Source: Vermamoeba vermiformis
Lineage: Eukaryota
Assembly: GCA_045837725.1 (NCBI GenBank)
Contig: JBEWZL010000209.1
Span: 1-64,000, forward strand
Length of the DNA: 64,000 nt
Direction: 5' to 3'
A model generated the notes under the pieces. That model was given only the letters and a program-made list of their open reading frames with translations, searched no databases and had not been told where the DNA came from. The position numbers were made by a program, and so were the translations under genes. Of the stretch, positions 1 through 12,137 are shown piece after piece (within the stretch, counting starts at the first letter, position 1; every line of letters begins with the position of its first letter).

Positions 1-204
1 AACCCTAACCCTAACCCTAACCCTAACCCTAACCCTAACCCTAACCCTAACCCTAACCCTAACCCTAACCCTAACCCTAACCCTAACCCTAACCCTAACC
101 CTAACCCTAACCCTAACCCTAACCCTAACCCTAACCCTAACCCTAACCCTAACCCTAACCCTAACCCTAACCCTAACCCTAACCCTAACCCTAACCCTAA
201 CCCT
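1..204. repeat. Telomeric repeat (CCCTAA)n / (TTAGGG)n, left chromosome end
   Basis: Perfect AACCCT hexamer array from base 1 to 204 with the C-rich strand on +, then an abrupt switch to unique sequence (gtcgtcaaat). Confidence 0.99.
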
Positions 205-1137
205 GTCGTCAAATTAAGTGTACGAGACTCCTCTAAAATTCACTATTAATAATGACGTAAAATTGTTATCAAACTTGCCATCAAAATTAGTAGAGAGTGG
301 CTTCCAATCAATCAAGCTCTCACGTGCGTGAACGTCGATTTTGGCCTTTTTACGAGGCCACAATTCAGAAAGCTGTGGATCACGTTTTCGCTTTTTCTCT
401 AAATAATTATAAATAATGAGAATAAGCGCTTGGAGTCTTACCTTTGCCGTGATCCACATCCTCAACAACCTCTTCAATTCGCTCTCGAACTTTACCATCC
501 GCACTGTTAATGTCCCGATCGCTATTGTTTTCTATGTTGTCACTCTCTTGATTTTCATCGCCGTTACTGCTTTCACGATCGTCATTATCATCGCTCGTGT
601 TTTTTTTGTTGTTACGGGGACCCTTTTCGTCGTCTTCGCTGCTGCTGTTCTCATTCTTATCTTCGCTTTCTTTGCTATCGCTCTCGCTATCCTTGTCACG
701 CTCGGAACTTTGATCTTTGCTTTTGTTGCTAATAGATCTCTTTGCTTTTGCACCGGAGTTGTTCGATTTGGCTTTGCTGCTCGCAGTGCTGCTTGGCTTC
801 TTTGCCGTAGACGAAGGCTTGGTTGGATTCGCTTTCTTCTTGCCGTCATTAGTAGGGACCGACTTTGCTTGTGCTCGAGTTTTCACCTTTGTGCCTTGTT
901 CTTGATTGTTGTTGTTTACGTGCGGATCTGGGGCAGTCTTATCGCGCGTGTCAGCTTCCTTTCCCTTGGTTACCCTCGTCGTAGCTTGGCGCTTAGATCC
1001 TTTGTCTTCGTTGTCCTTTGCTTTCTCCGATTTTTCGGCAGTATTCTTGTCTCGCCTATTTCTGCAATTGCATTAGCTAAAATCGCGCTGGATGTCAAAT
1101 AATTAAATTAACTGTTGCAATAAACTTACCGGGCCAT
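205..1137 (-). CDS. Orphan low-complexity K/S/D/E-rich protein (gene A), abutting or truncated by the telomere
   Basis: ATG GCC CG|GTAAGT micro-exon at 1137, acceptor TTGCAG ~1062, then an open frame through ORF 407..886. An intron G|GTAAGA...TTTAG leads to exon EKKRKRDPQLSELWPRKKAK (NLS-like). The gene either stops at 214 or splices (GCAAGT...TTTTAG) into a frame that stays open into the telomere. Confidence 0.6.
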
Positions 1138-1441
1138 AGTGACTAAATTTCTATAATTTAAATAAGTTAGTTCCATCTTTCAACAATAGTCGCGCTTCGG
1201 TTTAATTTAGATTCGGATTTGCAAAAAAGATTTAGTATTTAATTATTTCTAGTTCTTATTGCTTTTAATGAATAAATAACAGAATATTTTATGCAATATT
1301 TCTCCGGATAAACAATTAACGTGAAAAATTGGAAATTCGATCTGATCAAAACTTGGTTCCTCGCCAGAAACGAACTTACTGCAAGCTTTAGTGTTAATTG
1401 GTATTTACTGCTACTAAGTTGTGTGTTACAACGAACTACTC

Positions 1442-4400
1442 TTAATTTTCTTTGCCAAAAACGTCGCGGTATTTTTCTAACCAAACCGAATCCGCTGCGG
1501 GCAAGATCTGAGATCTTGGAGGAACCCAAGGGAATAAGCCTGTAGCAAATACGTATTCTCTGACAGTGTTGTGGTACTCCGGCTTTTTGACCTTGAAATC
1601 GGTCTTTTTGAACGCGTGGTACGTGCAGTGCGCGAGCAGCTCAGTGCGACTTTTTACGCCGTCAACGAGCTTTGAATTCAAGCATATGTGCCTAAGGAGC
1701 TACAACAGCTTAGTACTAATAGAGGTAATTGATGGGCTACTTACGCGAAGCTTGGCTTCGTTGTCTATAATCTCTTTCGAATCCGTAACCACCGGTTTGC
1801 CATTAACAATTTGCAGAACACGAATGCGGGAGCTTGGCAATACCTGAGCAAGCTTGAATTTGCCTTCGTAGCCCCAGAAAGTACTCCAAGAGAAAACGGG
1901 AAAGAATCGCAGCTCCAAGTCCGCAAGTAAGCGGCGCATTTTCGAAATAATAGAATCCACGGTTAATATATCGTGGGTATAGTTTCGAATATGCTGCAGA
2001 ATGCGAGTTGCTTTCAAAGATCCGATTTTCAAGCGATCATTAAGATGCTCAATTACGGTCTTTGTCGCGAGAGCCCAATGTTTGGCAAAGTTGACTCTCA
2101 CGGGTGTGCACCCAAAGAGTTGCTCTGTTTGCCCTTGTGGAAATGCCATGTCGATAATGTCGGACGCACTCAACAACCGCTCTTTGAAATACACCTAAAA
2201 CTGGTTTAGTAAATAGTAAACGTGGTTAACATCCGCGTACCTTGATTGGGGTTGCAAAGTTATCCTGCTGCAAATAAGCGCGTTCGAGAAACGACTGAAT
2301 CTTCGCTTGATCCGTTCCTCGTAATAACTTGATGAACTGCGCCTGTTTCGCCGAAGTAACAATGTTTGCTGCACTAAACAACGCGGCAAATAGAGAATTA
2401 ATCAGGTTCGCAGCCAAAATTGAACTGATCGACTTGTCCCTCGGAGAAACAACACCATCTGATGAACACAGGCACAAGCACACGTTCGTTAAGATTTCGT
2501 TGAGGACCGATTGATCGTTTGAATCCGGAAATATCTTGTAGATGAATTGACGCGGCAATCCAACGTCAAGCAGGTCCACTTCTTCGTCATCGTAGTCATT
2601 GGTACGAGATATCGAATACAACCTCGCCTTGGCAAAGTTCAGACTTGGCACAAGCAAGTCATTGCCCACATAAAAATGTCCATATTCGAGCACTGCCTCA
2701 AGTTGCTTGTACCGTGTGAACAAAGTCGGATGAAGTAGCGATTGAACGGATCCGGACCAAATGAAGGTTAGCTGGTCCTGCAATAAAAATGCAAGCCGAA
2801 CGAAGTGATCGTTGTAAGCGAACGCCTGCAAATGCTTAGCTACGATTTTGAATTAGTAAATGAAAGCTCGGCAATTAGAATTAGTACTTACCAGAGACTA
2901 TATGCTCCAGCAGGGAGTAAAAATAATTAGCAATGCTTCGCGTGAACATGCGAGGGATGGAGCACAAAGTTTCTGTCTGAACTGCTTGAAGCGGACAGCA
3001 TCTCAGTATCTCTTTCGGAGCCACGTTGCATTGATACATTGCCTTTGTTACGTTAAAAAGGCAAATAATTGCCTCCGCAAACTCTACCAGCGTATCGTAC
3101 GCTGTTTCGAGCTCATCTAGCGTTGGATTTTGCAGTGTGAGCTCCACTCGCGGTCCATATGCCTTGTCTGGGAGGACTGTAGAATAGAGGGCCTCCGCGC
3201 GCTTGAAATGAACGCGAGCATGAACTTGCTCAGCCTCGCTTTGCAACCGGTTTTCAAGCTTCTTTGAAAGCGCTGGTGCGTGCGAGAACAAGGTTTTAAC
3301 GCTTTCGAACGGAAACGAAAGTGCTGCGTGCCAGATGTCAAGAAAAGGGGAGTTGTGACGAAAGACCTCGCTCGACTTGTCGTAAACCTTGATTTTGTGT
3401 AAAAGCGAGTACTGATTTTTCCAATGGAGCGTCATACTTGCAAACGAACCAATACCGTAGTTTGGAAATTCCGTGCAGCTTAAAGGAAATGGTCAGCATT
3501 TTTGTTATTATTTATCGTTACCTACGTATAACTCTTATAATCCTTGGACTGATCCTCAGAGCGTTTCCGGACAGTTCTCGTCGAATTTCGCACCATTAAT
3601 CTGGCGAATGGAGATCGTTGACGGTCTTTCAGAAGATGCGTAACATCACGGGTGAAGAATAATGTAATATCGTCTGGGTCATCACATCTGCATTTCGTTA
3701 ATAACAATGAATGCTGTATCAATATAACTTACGCAAAATCCTCAGCAATGTCGAAGAAAAACCAAGCTTTCGATCCGTGGCGATGGTTATACACCCTGTC
3801 CATATCAAACGATTCGCAGAGCTCTTCGTAGATTTGCCTGACACGAGCCCGATCAATAGGTTCCTTTTGCCCAAAGTACTGAACGACAAATACTGGTCGC
3901 ATTCTATAATTATGATTAGTTACTTCTGATAATCTCCAATGTCATAAATCTTACGTCGCGTCTTCTCTCACGAGATCGTCGATGGCACGGCCAATGCTTT
4001 TCAACGTGTCGGGCTTTACAGGAAAAGTCGAGCCAGGTGTTGCAACTGTGCGACCGACCTCGTACGACGATGCTAATGGCGATACTCGCCGTTGTTTAGA
4101 GTTGTATACACCTACAAGAATAATTAGATTTGTTTACTTATGCGGAGACATAGGTACCTTCATATATACAACTCTTAAAAAATCTGTTTACTGCAGCCGT
4201 ACGGTCCTCTTTACAAAAAGGAAAGGCTGCGTATAACAAAAGTGTGTTGTTGATAAGCCTACCAAGCGAATATATGAGTACGTGGAAAGAGATAAATAAA
4301 CAAACTTACCCAAGAGAGATGTTAGGGACTGTATGCAACGACTTGCCTGCGTAAGTCATCTTGCAATCTGATAACCTTGCAGCTGGACTAAAATCAGGGC

Positions 4401-5654
4401 AATAAACAAGATCAAATAAGACCTTGATGAAGGTTAAGTCTTCAAACAAGAAGCCGATGAAGTCGTTATCGATGCTGGTTGTTATTTGCATGTCGCTCTC
4501 AGATTTGAGAGAATAGCGCGGACCAAAATAGTCTCGAGAAGTCATCCAAGCGATATCCTTGTCAAATCTAGCTCCGAAGTCGGCGTCACTTCCAATTATC
4601 CTTGCGTTCTTAAGTAAATGTTGAGTGTACACACTCACTTTTGCGCGACCAGTCTCGAGCGCAGCACGCATTCGATCCAAGTACTCGTCCTTGTACTTCT
4701 TACGTGCGCCGCTGTGGTCAATGAAATCACTGGTGTAAGTTATTAGTAACTTCATCAATATTTAAAGCTATCGTATTCTTACCGCTCCGCGTACGTGTAA
4801 AACGCAGACTTTTCGGCATCGGTTAGCTTGTTGAAGCGCAGTAAGTCGGGTAAGCTTGCCTCTGGTCCAGCCCCAAGCCAGTCTGTGACCAATGAATAGA
4901 ACTCTTCAGAGAATTGTTCGGCGGCTTCATCACCAAAATGATGCGAAGCTCTGGGAGATCCGACGGGAGATCCGACGGGACTTCCATCAGAACACGGGGA
5001 CAGGTAAGGCGAATCTACGGGGCTAGGTGTTCTGACGGGAGTACGTTTCGAAATTGAGAGTGCTGGCGAACGCCGCTTGGATGCAGCTCCACTCACTGGT
5101 GAGGGAGTTGAAACTCGCGATAATGCCAATTTTGGTGAAGAAGTCGGTGTCTTTTTGGTTGCAACTCGCGGACTAGATAATGCCACTCTTGGTGAAGAAG
5201 TTGGCGTCTTTTTGGTTGCAACCCGTGGACTGGGTGAATTGCGAAGCCACTTCGAGGGTGACTCCGCGACTGGTGATTGACGAGCCGACGTGCGTCTCGA
5301 GTTCGGTCGCTTTGACCCTGGAGCTGTTGAAATATTATTATTATAAGCATTTTGTTATGAGTAAGTGGATTTGTAACTTACTGCCAAGAGTCGTCTCTAG
5401 TGCTGCCGTGAGCTCCGCTAACGAGCAAAGACCAGTTGATTTCGTAGAAGAGCCCAACCAGTTTTCTGAATCGATATTATTTATATTGAACTCAATCATT
5501 GAAACATACCCGTAAGCATAGCAACGTCCTCTTCTTCAAGGCGCCCCAATTCTGGATCATCAACAAGATCCGTTCCGCAAAATTCTAAACAACGTTAAAA
5601 CACTCAATAGTCAACTTAAACTAACTTACCAGTAGGATACAAGTCTAGTTCCAT
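1442..5654 (-). CDS. Large multi-exon orphan protein (gene B) with candidate Rep_trans/CRI-like rolling-circle nickase motifs; may be fused with gene C
   Basis: ORFs 4779..5186, 4306..4758, 3522..3722, 2881..3435, 2226..2831, 1700..2194 and 1442..1681, plus small exons, join in frame through canonical GT..AG introns. Motifs are FFFDIAEDF (DIAED 3738-3752), KIKVYDKSSE (YDKSSE 3367-3384) and GPRVELTL (RVELTL 3133-3150). The N-terminus is S/P-rich. The start is uncertain: ATG at 5654, or continuation from gene C via a weak intron at 5851-5949. Confidence 0.65.
5132..5232 (-). repeat. 57-bp intragenic tandem duplication (19-aa SPRVATKKTPTSSP unit)
   Basis: ttggtgaagaagtYggYgtctttttggttgcaac occurs at ~5132 and ~5189. 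Confidence 0.85.
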
Positions 5655-5856
5655 TTGATTCTCTTTTTCCGAGTCACTGTCATGGCCACCGACGAACGAA
5701 CCAAATTCTCGAAGATCGAAATTGAGCTTGAAAGGCGAAAAAGAGTTGCCTAAATAAAATAATGATTAGTCACACTTGTTTTTTAAATAATATTCGAATA
5801 TTACCTTGATTGTTGGTGGTTTGTTGGTACAAGTTAGTGATGTCGCGGAACTACGA

Positions 5857-8286
5857 TTAACTTGTTAGCCAGTCAGGGTATTCGTCGGAATGCGCGCGAA
5901 TGTAATCAAATAAAATCATTGTTGAATTTGGGTCTGGAAATGTCCGCACAATTTGCGTGAGTGACAGATCCGTAAAGAGCAATTTTCGCTCAATGGAGCA
6001 GATGTTAAAAAATCGGCTTATCCGAAATTTCCATTGGCGGAAAAACTCGCGTTGAAGGTTGGGCTTGGATGCGCTGCTAGCCAACTTCTTAATGTTCGGA
6101 TCATCCGGCATCGCTGCAACCAAATTGCTCGGCGTGCAGTGTTGCAACACTTTGAAGATGTTATCGTTCACCTCCACTTGCATCGCTTGGGTGTTTTCGG
6201 CGCGTGATCTATCACGAAAGAAGTCTGACAACTTCTCTATAAGTGCACCAATGTAGAATGTCTTCAACTTGATGAGGACAGTGAGCTCGATAACACGGAA
6301 CTCGAGCTTGGAAACCAGTTGCAGCTGTGAATTGATGGAGCCTGACACGGTATCCAAGTTGTCGTTAAGCTCTAGATCCAATGAACCAGACACGAAGTAA
6401 CTGAGTACTTCATGTCCTGGCGTCGTTGCAATCGCAGGCAATCCTGTGTTGTTGAGACTCATGCACTTGTCGTACGCCTCCTGAAGAAAGCGGCATTCGT
6501 TGAGGAGATTTCGAACCCGAGTAGATGGCTCTGGTACGTCGTTAGCAATTATAATTTTGCTTTGATATCAAAATCTATTTACCTTTTTCACTTGCCGTAC
6601 TTCTGATAGATGTTGTGGCCCGACTGCCCTCCCGAGCATCTTTAAGACGCTCGGAAGCCGCCTTCGCCGAGCCACGTGCGAATTTGAGCTTGTACTTCTT
6701 TTTTTGATATCCAAACCCAATAAATTTCCCTTCACCCTTGATTAAAAAGTTAAGACCAAGCCCACTTAATACATCCAAGTTCTGACAAAGACCCCGAATG
6801 TATTTGTGAATGAGCTTGTCTTTGGCCTGTTGTGAACTCTGAGCCTGCAGCAATTTCTTGAGGCTATTGGCTGTAAATATTAATTAGATTTAGAATGACA
6901 ACGAGCCACGAGTTAGCACTTACCTGCGCAGTTATTTGATGTACTCGTTGTCTTCAAATCAGAGCGCGCACGCTTTAACCGGAGGGATTCACCTGCATAA
7001 CAAGTTAGCATGCGTTAATATCACTTGTAAGTAACTCACTGTTTTTGAGCAACTTCGACGAGCGTTTGTGGTCACGAGCCTTTGCGTGCCTTACTGTTTT
7101 CAAATTAAATTGCACCCTTCTGTCTTTTTTGCCACGAGAAAGAGGCACCATTGCACCTCTATTTGAACGAGACTCGCCAGTTGGCAAGGCTAAAGCTGGA
7201 TCAGATGCGCTTTGTCTGGCTTCACTGAGGCCACTCTCTCTGTGCTGCCCGATAGTTGGCGTGTTGGTGGTTGCGTTATAGCCATCGCTGTGAGCATTGA
7301 CCATCGAGTCGTCGCCATCGGAACCAACTTTGGCCTCGGAGTCGTTGTCATCAGCTGCACTGGCTTTAGTGTCGTAGTGCTTGGAGTCAGCGTTCTCAGA
7401 GTCGTCGTCTTTGGACTCGGAGTCAGCGTTGTCGTGGGCATTGTCCTTGGAGTTGTCACCACCCTTAGAGCCAGAATCACCGTCATCGGCGTTAGAGTCA
7501 TCGTCATCGTTGGACTCGGAGTCAGCGTTGCCGTGGGCATTGTCCTTGGAGTTGTCACCACCCTTAGAACCAGAATCACCGTCATCGGCCTTAGAGTCGT
7601 CGCCGTCGTTGGACTCGGAGTTGTCCTCGCTCGATGATGGTTCATCCTCGTAAGCATCCTCTTCGTCATGTTTATCGATTTCCATGAAATCCTCGTCGTT
7701 AGGTAGGTCTTGCTCGTTGTTATCGACAAAGGCCAGATCTGACGGAGATGGGACATCCGTTTGGTGAAGATCCGCCCAATCGTGCGCTTCCATGGCAGGG
7801 TTGCTCAGCCAGTATTTGGTGTTGGCTGCTTTCTTGTCTGAAGGTTCGGCAAACCCTTCAAGGGCCGAGATGTTGCTCGACGCTTCTTCATCGGATTCTA
7901 AAACCAGATGTTAAATCCACATCCAAAAATTAAATCAAAATTAACATCCTAACGTACCATAATAACTCCACGCGTTAAATTCGTCTTTTGCCTTGCGCGA
8001 TGGATTCGCACGCACAGAAGCACTGGTCTGAAAAATAGCAGGTTAAATTGGATGTAAACTTTGGATGACAAATTTTGTTTTGCTAACATTTACCTCGCCG
8101 TACTGTTCATTTCTTGCTTCAGAAGCAATCTGGTTGCTGAGGGACTCTCCGGAACGTTGAGTATGGTAACTTCGCACCAAGCCCATATAGTCTTTTCGCG
8201 ACTGAAACACACGAAATTATTATGAAGTATTACGAAGCAAAAGACAGGTAAAACTAACTGCACCGAGTGACTACGTAACTTACCAT
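5857..8286 (-). CDS. Orphan multi-exon protein (gene C) with long acidic D/S/N-rich region and helical C-terminal domain
   Basis: ATG|GTAAGT at 8286. Exons MSRKDYMGLVRS..., TSASVRANP..., ORF 7005..7793, ORF 6575..6853 and ORF 5857..6462 join in frame via GT-AG introns. Confidence 0.65.
7395..7620 (-). repeat. 96-bp intragenic tandem duplication (32-aa ESNDxDDSxADDGDSGSKGGDNSKDNAHxNAD unit)
   Basis: Two full copies and one partial copy are visible in the DNA and in ORF 7005..7793. Confidence 0.85.
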
Positions 8287-8394
8287 GAGTGAGCAGATCA
8301 GGTTGTGGTTGTGGTTGCAGTTGTGGTTGTGTTGTCAAACAATAGACGAACGGGGAAACAGCAGCGATTTGTTTTTAAGTCTGTCGTCGTGATT

Positions 8395-10940
8395 TTATTG
8401 GTCCAGCACATCACCAACCACGTGAGCTTTTGGCGGGCTGAGTGAGTGCGCCAAAAATTTGGCGGGTGTCCCATTTTCGGCGGTGGCTAACTCACGCCCT
8501 ATAAGCAAATGGGACAAATTTATGGCGTGCATTTGCCACTGTCGTCCCCAGAGGTACCGTGAAGAAGTTAGCGTTAGGCTTTGGGAGGCATTTTTTGACG
8601 ATCTCTGACTGAAGATTTTGTGGGGTGAGCACAGCCGGAAAGAAAGCTTGATACGAAGGGTCCAATTGCTGAGTAGCGATTTGTTCAATAGTGTTGTCCG
8701 TGCCGTTAGGCTTGCCGAACATGTGGAACAGATCTTTTATCCAGATCGCTTGGAAAAGTGGCAGGGGGTACAGTAAGCACGGAGCTAACGCTTGAAGGTT
8801 GTAAGCAAACCTAATTTAAAAGATTGAATCAAAAACTGCGTTACTCAACCAAGCGGTGCCACTTACGGTCGTCGATCGAGTATTTCCTCGTAAATCTTCA
8901 GCGTTGTCTCCGTATCAAATCCTCCCAAATACAAACGCGGCCCTCGTGTGACGTATGACCAATAAGATTCTTCCCCTTGTGACCATGGCGGGGTAGTGAG
9001 ATCAATGAAGACGTTGACGAGCGCCAGATGAGGAAGGTTACACATGTAGATGGAAGGTACGTTAATTGTGACGCGCTTTCCAAAGCTGTACAACCCCAAA
9101 TATTTACAATGTGTGGGTATTTCAATTTCGGACAGGTCGATCTGGAGCGATTCGGATGGAGAACAAGGCAAAGGAATCTGTAGCCCCAGGAGGTACTCCG
9201 TATGCTTGAAGAAATAGCTAATAATATTTGCCAGAGAGGGGGAAGTCCTAGTCGCCATGAAGTTGTAGAAGTTTGCCACGTAATGATCGGGGACAATCCG
9301 GATGAGCTTCAAGTGTTTGAGGTGGAACCAGTCCAACCCAAACCTGTTGGAGCTAAAATGAAATATTGAAAGAGTTTCCAATGTTTCTTTGCACTGAGGC
9401 GCAAGCGCACTAATCAAAGCCGAATCGGGATGGTGGATGGACAAGATTCGGATCCTTCGCAACCTAAACAAACCTATTAATCAACAATATCAAATGTAAT
9501 TAGTACTTACCCCTCGAGGCAGAATTTAGAAGGTACTATGCTCGCAAATTCGGAAGACAGGGACATTGAATCGAGAATGAGTGTGGTGAAAGACGGGTAA
9601 AGCCGTAACACGTCGAAGTCCTCTAGCATACACGTGAAGCCCTTACACACTAGAGCTTCGAAATCGCGACCATTCGTTGGTTCGCCAAGATCTCGAAGTT
9701 GAATGACATCTTGGATGGTGAGACGGCCTGTTCTCTGGTCGTATATAAGTAACTTATAGTATCAATTGTGTCTTACTTACTTCCTTGGCTTCTTGCGTTG
9801 CAGAGCTTGCAAGGGTGCTGGAGTTCACGGGTACGATCGAAACAAGATTTGATTCGTTGTTCTGGTTTGAACTTGGGGCGGGCTCTACTTGCGATTGCAC
9901 TTCTTCTTCACTCGAGAAATCAGGTCTTATTGCAATTGAAGGGGAGTCCTTTTGGGAAGGTTAGTAAATTGAATCTGATCCGCTATTATTTGCTTACCAC
10001 ACTCGGCGGCGTTGGGGCTCGTGGGCTTGGAATATCTTCGATTTTTTCTTCATCCTCACAGTGAATGACTTCGTTTAAATCAGCGCGTTGCTTCTTTTTT
10101 GTTGGCTCGCTTGCCGGCTCAGCCGAAGCTTTACGCTTGCGATCTCCAAAGAGAGAGCCAGAAGAAGACGTAAGGAAAGTAGCGTGGTGAAAAGCATCGT
10201 GACCAATACCAAGGCTAGAACCTTCGATGAAATCTATGAGTTCAAAACCAGACGGGACTTTTGAATCTTGGGGGGCTGATCGTGCAGTCACGGAAGCCAT
10301 TTTCCAGCCAGACACCAAAAACGAAGCAAACTTAGTGAAGAGGGGTTGCTCGTAATCACACTTCGCGTCTTTTAGCTCTACGGAGGTTAGCAGGGAGCGC
10401 AAACCCTCATCTGTCTGCCAGTACGAATAATGGTAGTGCAGAGCGCACCAAACTCGGTAATGTTCTGTGTGGACGAGTTTGTTAAGGTCTTCGTAGGGTT
10501 GCTTGATCTTCTTTTCCATAATTAATTGCTGACAAATGTCCATTGCGGCCTTGAGGCGAATAGGTAGCGTGTGGAAGAAGTTGGCGAACTGTTTCCACTC
10601 TTCCGAATCCATGTCTACGGCCAGTGTAGCAGCGACTTTGGCACGGTAATTTTTATACCATAGCGGGTAGCACTTTTCGCCGTGGGCTGGTAGCATTTGG
10701 TGATACCAGAACACGCAAAAGTAAAAGATCAAATCTTGTCTCTTTTGGAAGTATGGGGGATAGCGTCCAATATTCACGGATATCTCTCTGAGAAATCCGT
10801 CGAGGTTCGTTGTCGGAGTCCGATTTTTTGCGAAGATCAAGAAGTTGATGTACGATCGAACGGTAAAGCTTAATGGTTGGGCCTAAAGGCAATTAATTAT
10901 TACAAATAAATAATTGTTAATGTCGTATTTTACTCACCAT
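8395..10940 (-). CDS. Orphan multi-exon protein (gene D): globular N-terminal domain, NLS-like basic patches, LRR-like C-terminal half
   Basis: ATG|GTGAGT at 10940 gives MAQPLSFTVRSYINFLIFAKNR (ORF 9986..10840). Further exons join ORFs 8863..9471 (LRRIRILSI, LETLSIF, LKHLKLIRI) and 8492..8722, ending at TAA 8395. RKRK...KKKQR is NLS-like. Confidence 0.6.
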
Positions 10941-11788
10941 TTCTTTTGAAAAATAAATTCTGATCGATCAAATCGAATGCGTGAGGCGATAATTACTAAT
11001 AATTTCACCTCGGGCTAGGAGTTTATCGATATAAATAATATTGTGAATATAATCACAATATTATTATGGCGATTAAAGCAAATTTGGGGAATTTGCTTTT
11101 TTGAATCGAGTTGGTCTTGTGGAGCAACTCGAAACGTAATCGGGCTTGTGGCGCGATTAATGAAAATATACTATGCGTTGTTGTTGTGGTCGTGGTTGAA
11201 ATTGAATATTGATTCCAAAAACATACACCGGATCGTTAAACCACGTGACTTCTCCTTATTTAGAAGGATCACGTGATTTTAGAGCAAACCGTTTGCGGTT
11301 GAAATTGAAAAATTCAAATGCTTCGCGTGATAGAAAAACAATGCAACTAACTCAATAAATCAGATTTAGCTGCCCTTCGGCGTTCGATCTGCATCTATAT
11401 CCAGTTGCCTAGTCGCAACGTTAGCATGCTTTATCGCGAAAATCCGTCAAACTATCAGCAATAATTATGAGAATTTTTTGGGCGCTAATCGCTCCTTCTA
11501 CACCAAGCCTCAACGCGCTGACGATAGAAGTCGTTCCCGGCTTGTTTTTGATGTGAGAGCCGTTTGAACAGGGCCGTCGTATGTACAAGCAGCTCAGTTT
11601 TGCTGCGCATAATACAGATACTTTGGCACTAAAAAATTAATTTGCTCATGAACGACCTCTAAAGACACAAGAGTTTCGCTCGCCCGCAAATGTTATGTTA
11701 ATTAGCATGCTAATTTTCATGGTTTTTTGCATGCTAGTTATCTTATCAATATGCACACTAGCATGCTAATTCGTATGAAAATCAAAAG

Positions 11789-12067
11789 GCATGTAGTTTT
11801 GAGGACTATGCCCCCGTTCTGGCACGCAAGGGCGTAGTTTTGAGGACTACGCCCCCGTTCTGGCACGCAAGGGCGTAGTTTCGAGGACTACGCCCCCGTT
11901 CTGGCACGCAAGGGCGTAGTTTCGAGGACTACACCCCCGTTCTGGCACGCAAGGGCGTAGTTTTGAGGACTACACCCCCGTTCTGGCACGCAAGGGCGTA
12001 GTTTTGAGGACTACGCCCCCGTTCTGGCACACAAGGGCGTAGTTTTGAGGACTACGCCCCTGTTCTG
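11789..12067. repeat. Tandem array 1: 41-bp unit, ~6.8 copies, each with a 9-bp-stem hairpin
   Basis: Unit GGGCGTAGT-TTTGAGG-ACTACGCCC-CCGTTCTGGCACGCAA starts at 11789, 11830, 11871, 11912, 11953, 11994 and 12035. Confidence 0.97.
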
Positions 12068-12137
12068 TGGTGGTAGGGCGTTATTTGCCCTTCAGAACGC
12101 GAAACCCTAAACTGCATTAACCTCCTAAATACTATAA

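Noticed and set aside
416-1102. 228-aa hydrophobic + strand ORF resembling a membrane protein
   Set aside because: It is the antisense shadow of the K/E/D/S-rich minus-strand gene, which has proper splice signals. The same applies to 7212..7637.
205-10940. Telomere-linked RecQ helicase, Helitron or telomeric retrotransposon
   Set aside because: I saw no Walker A/DEAH, HUH-Y2, reverse transcriptase or DDE motifs in the assembled exons.
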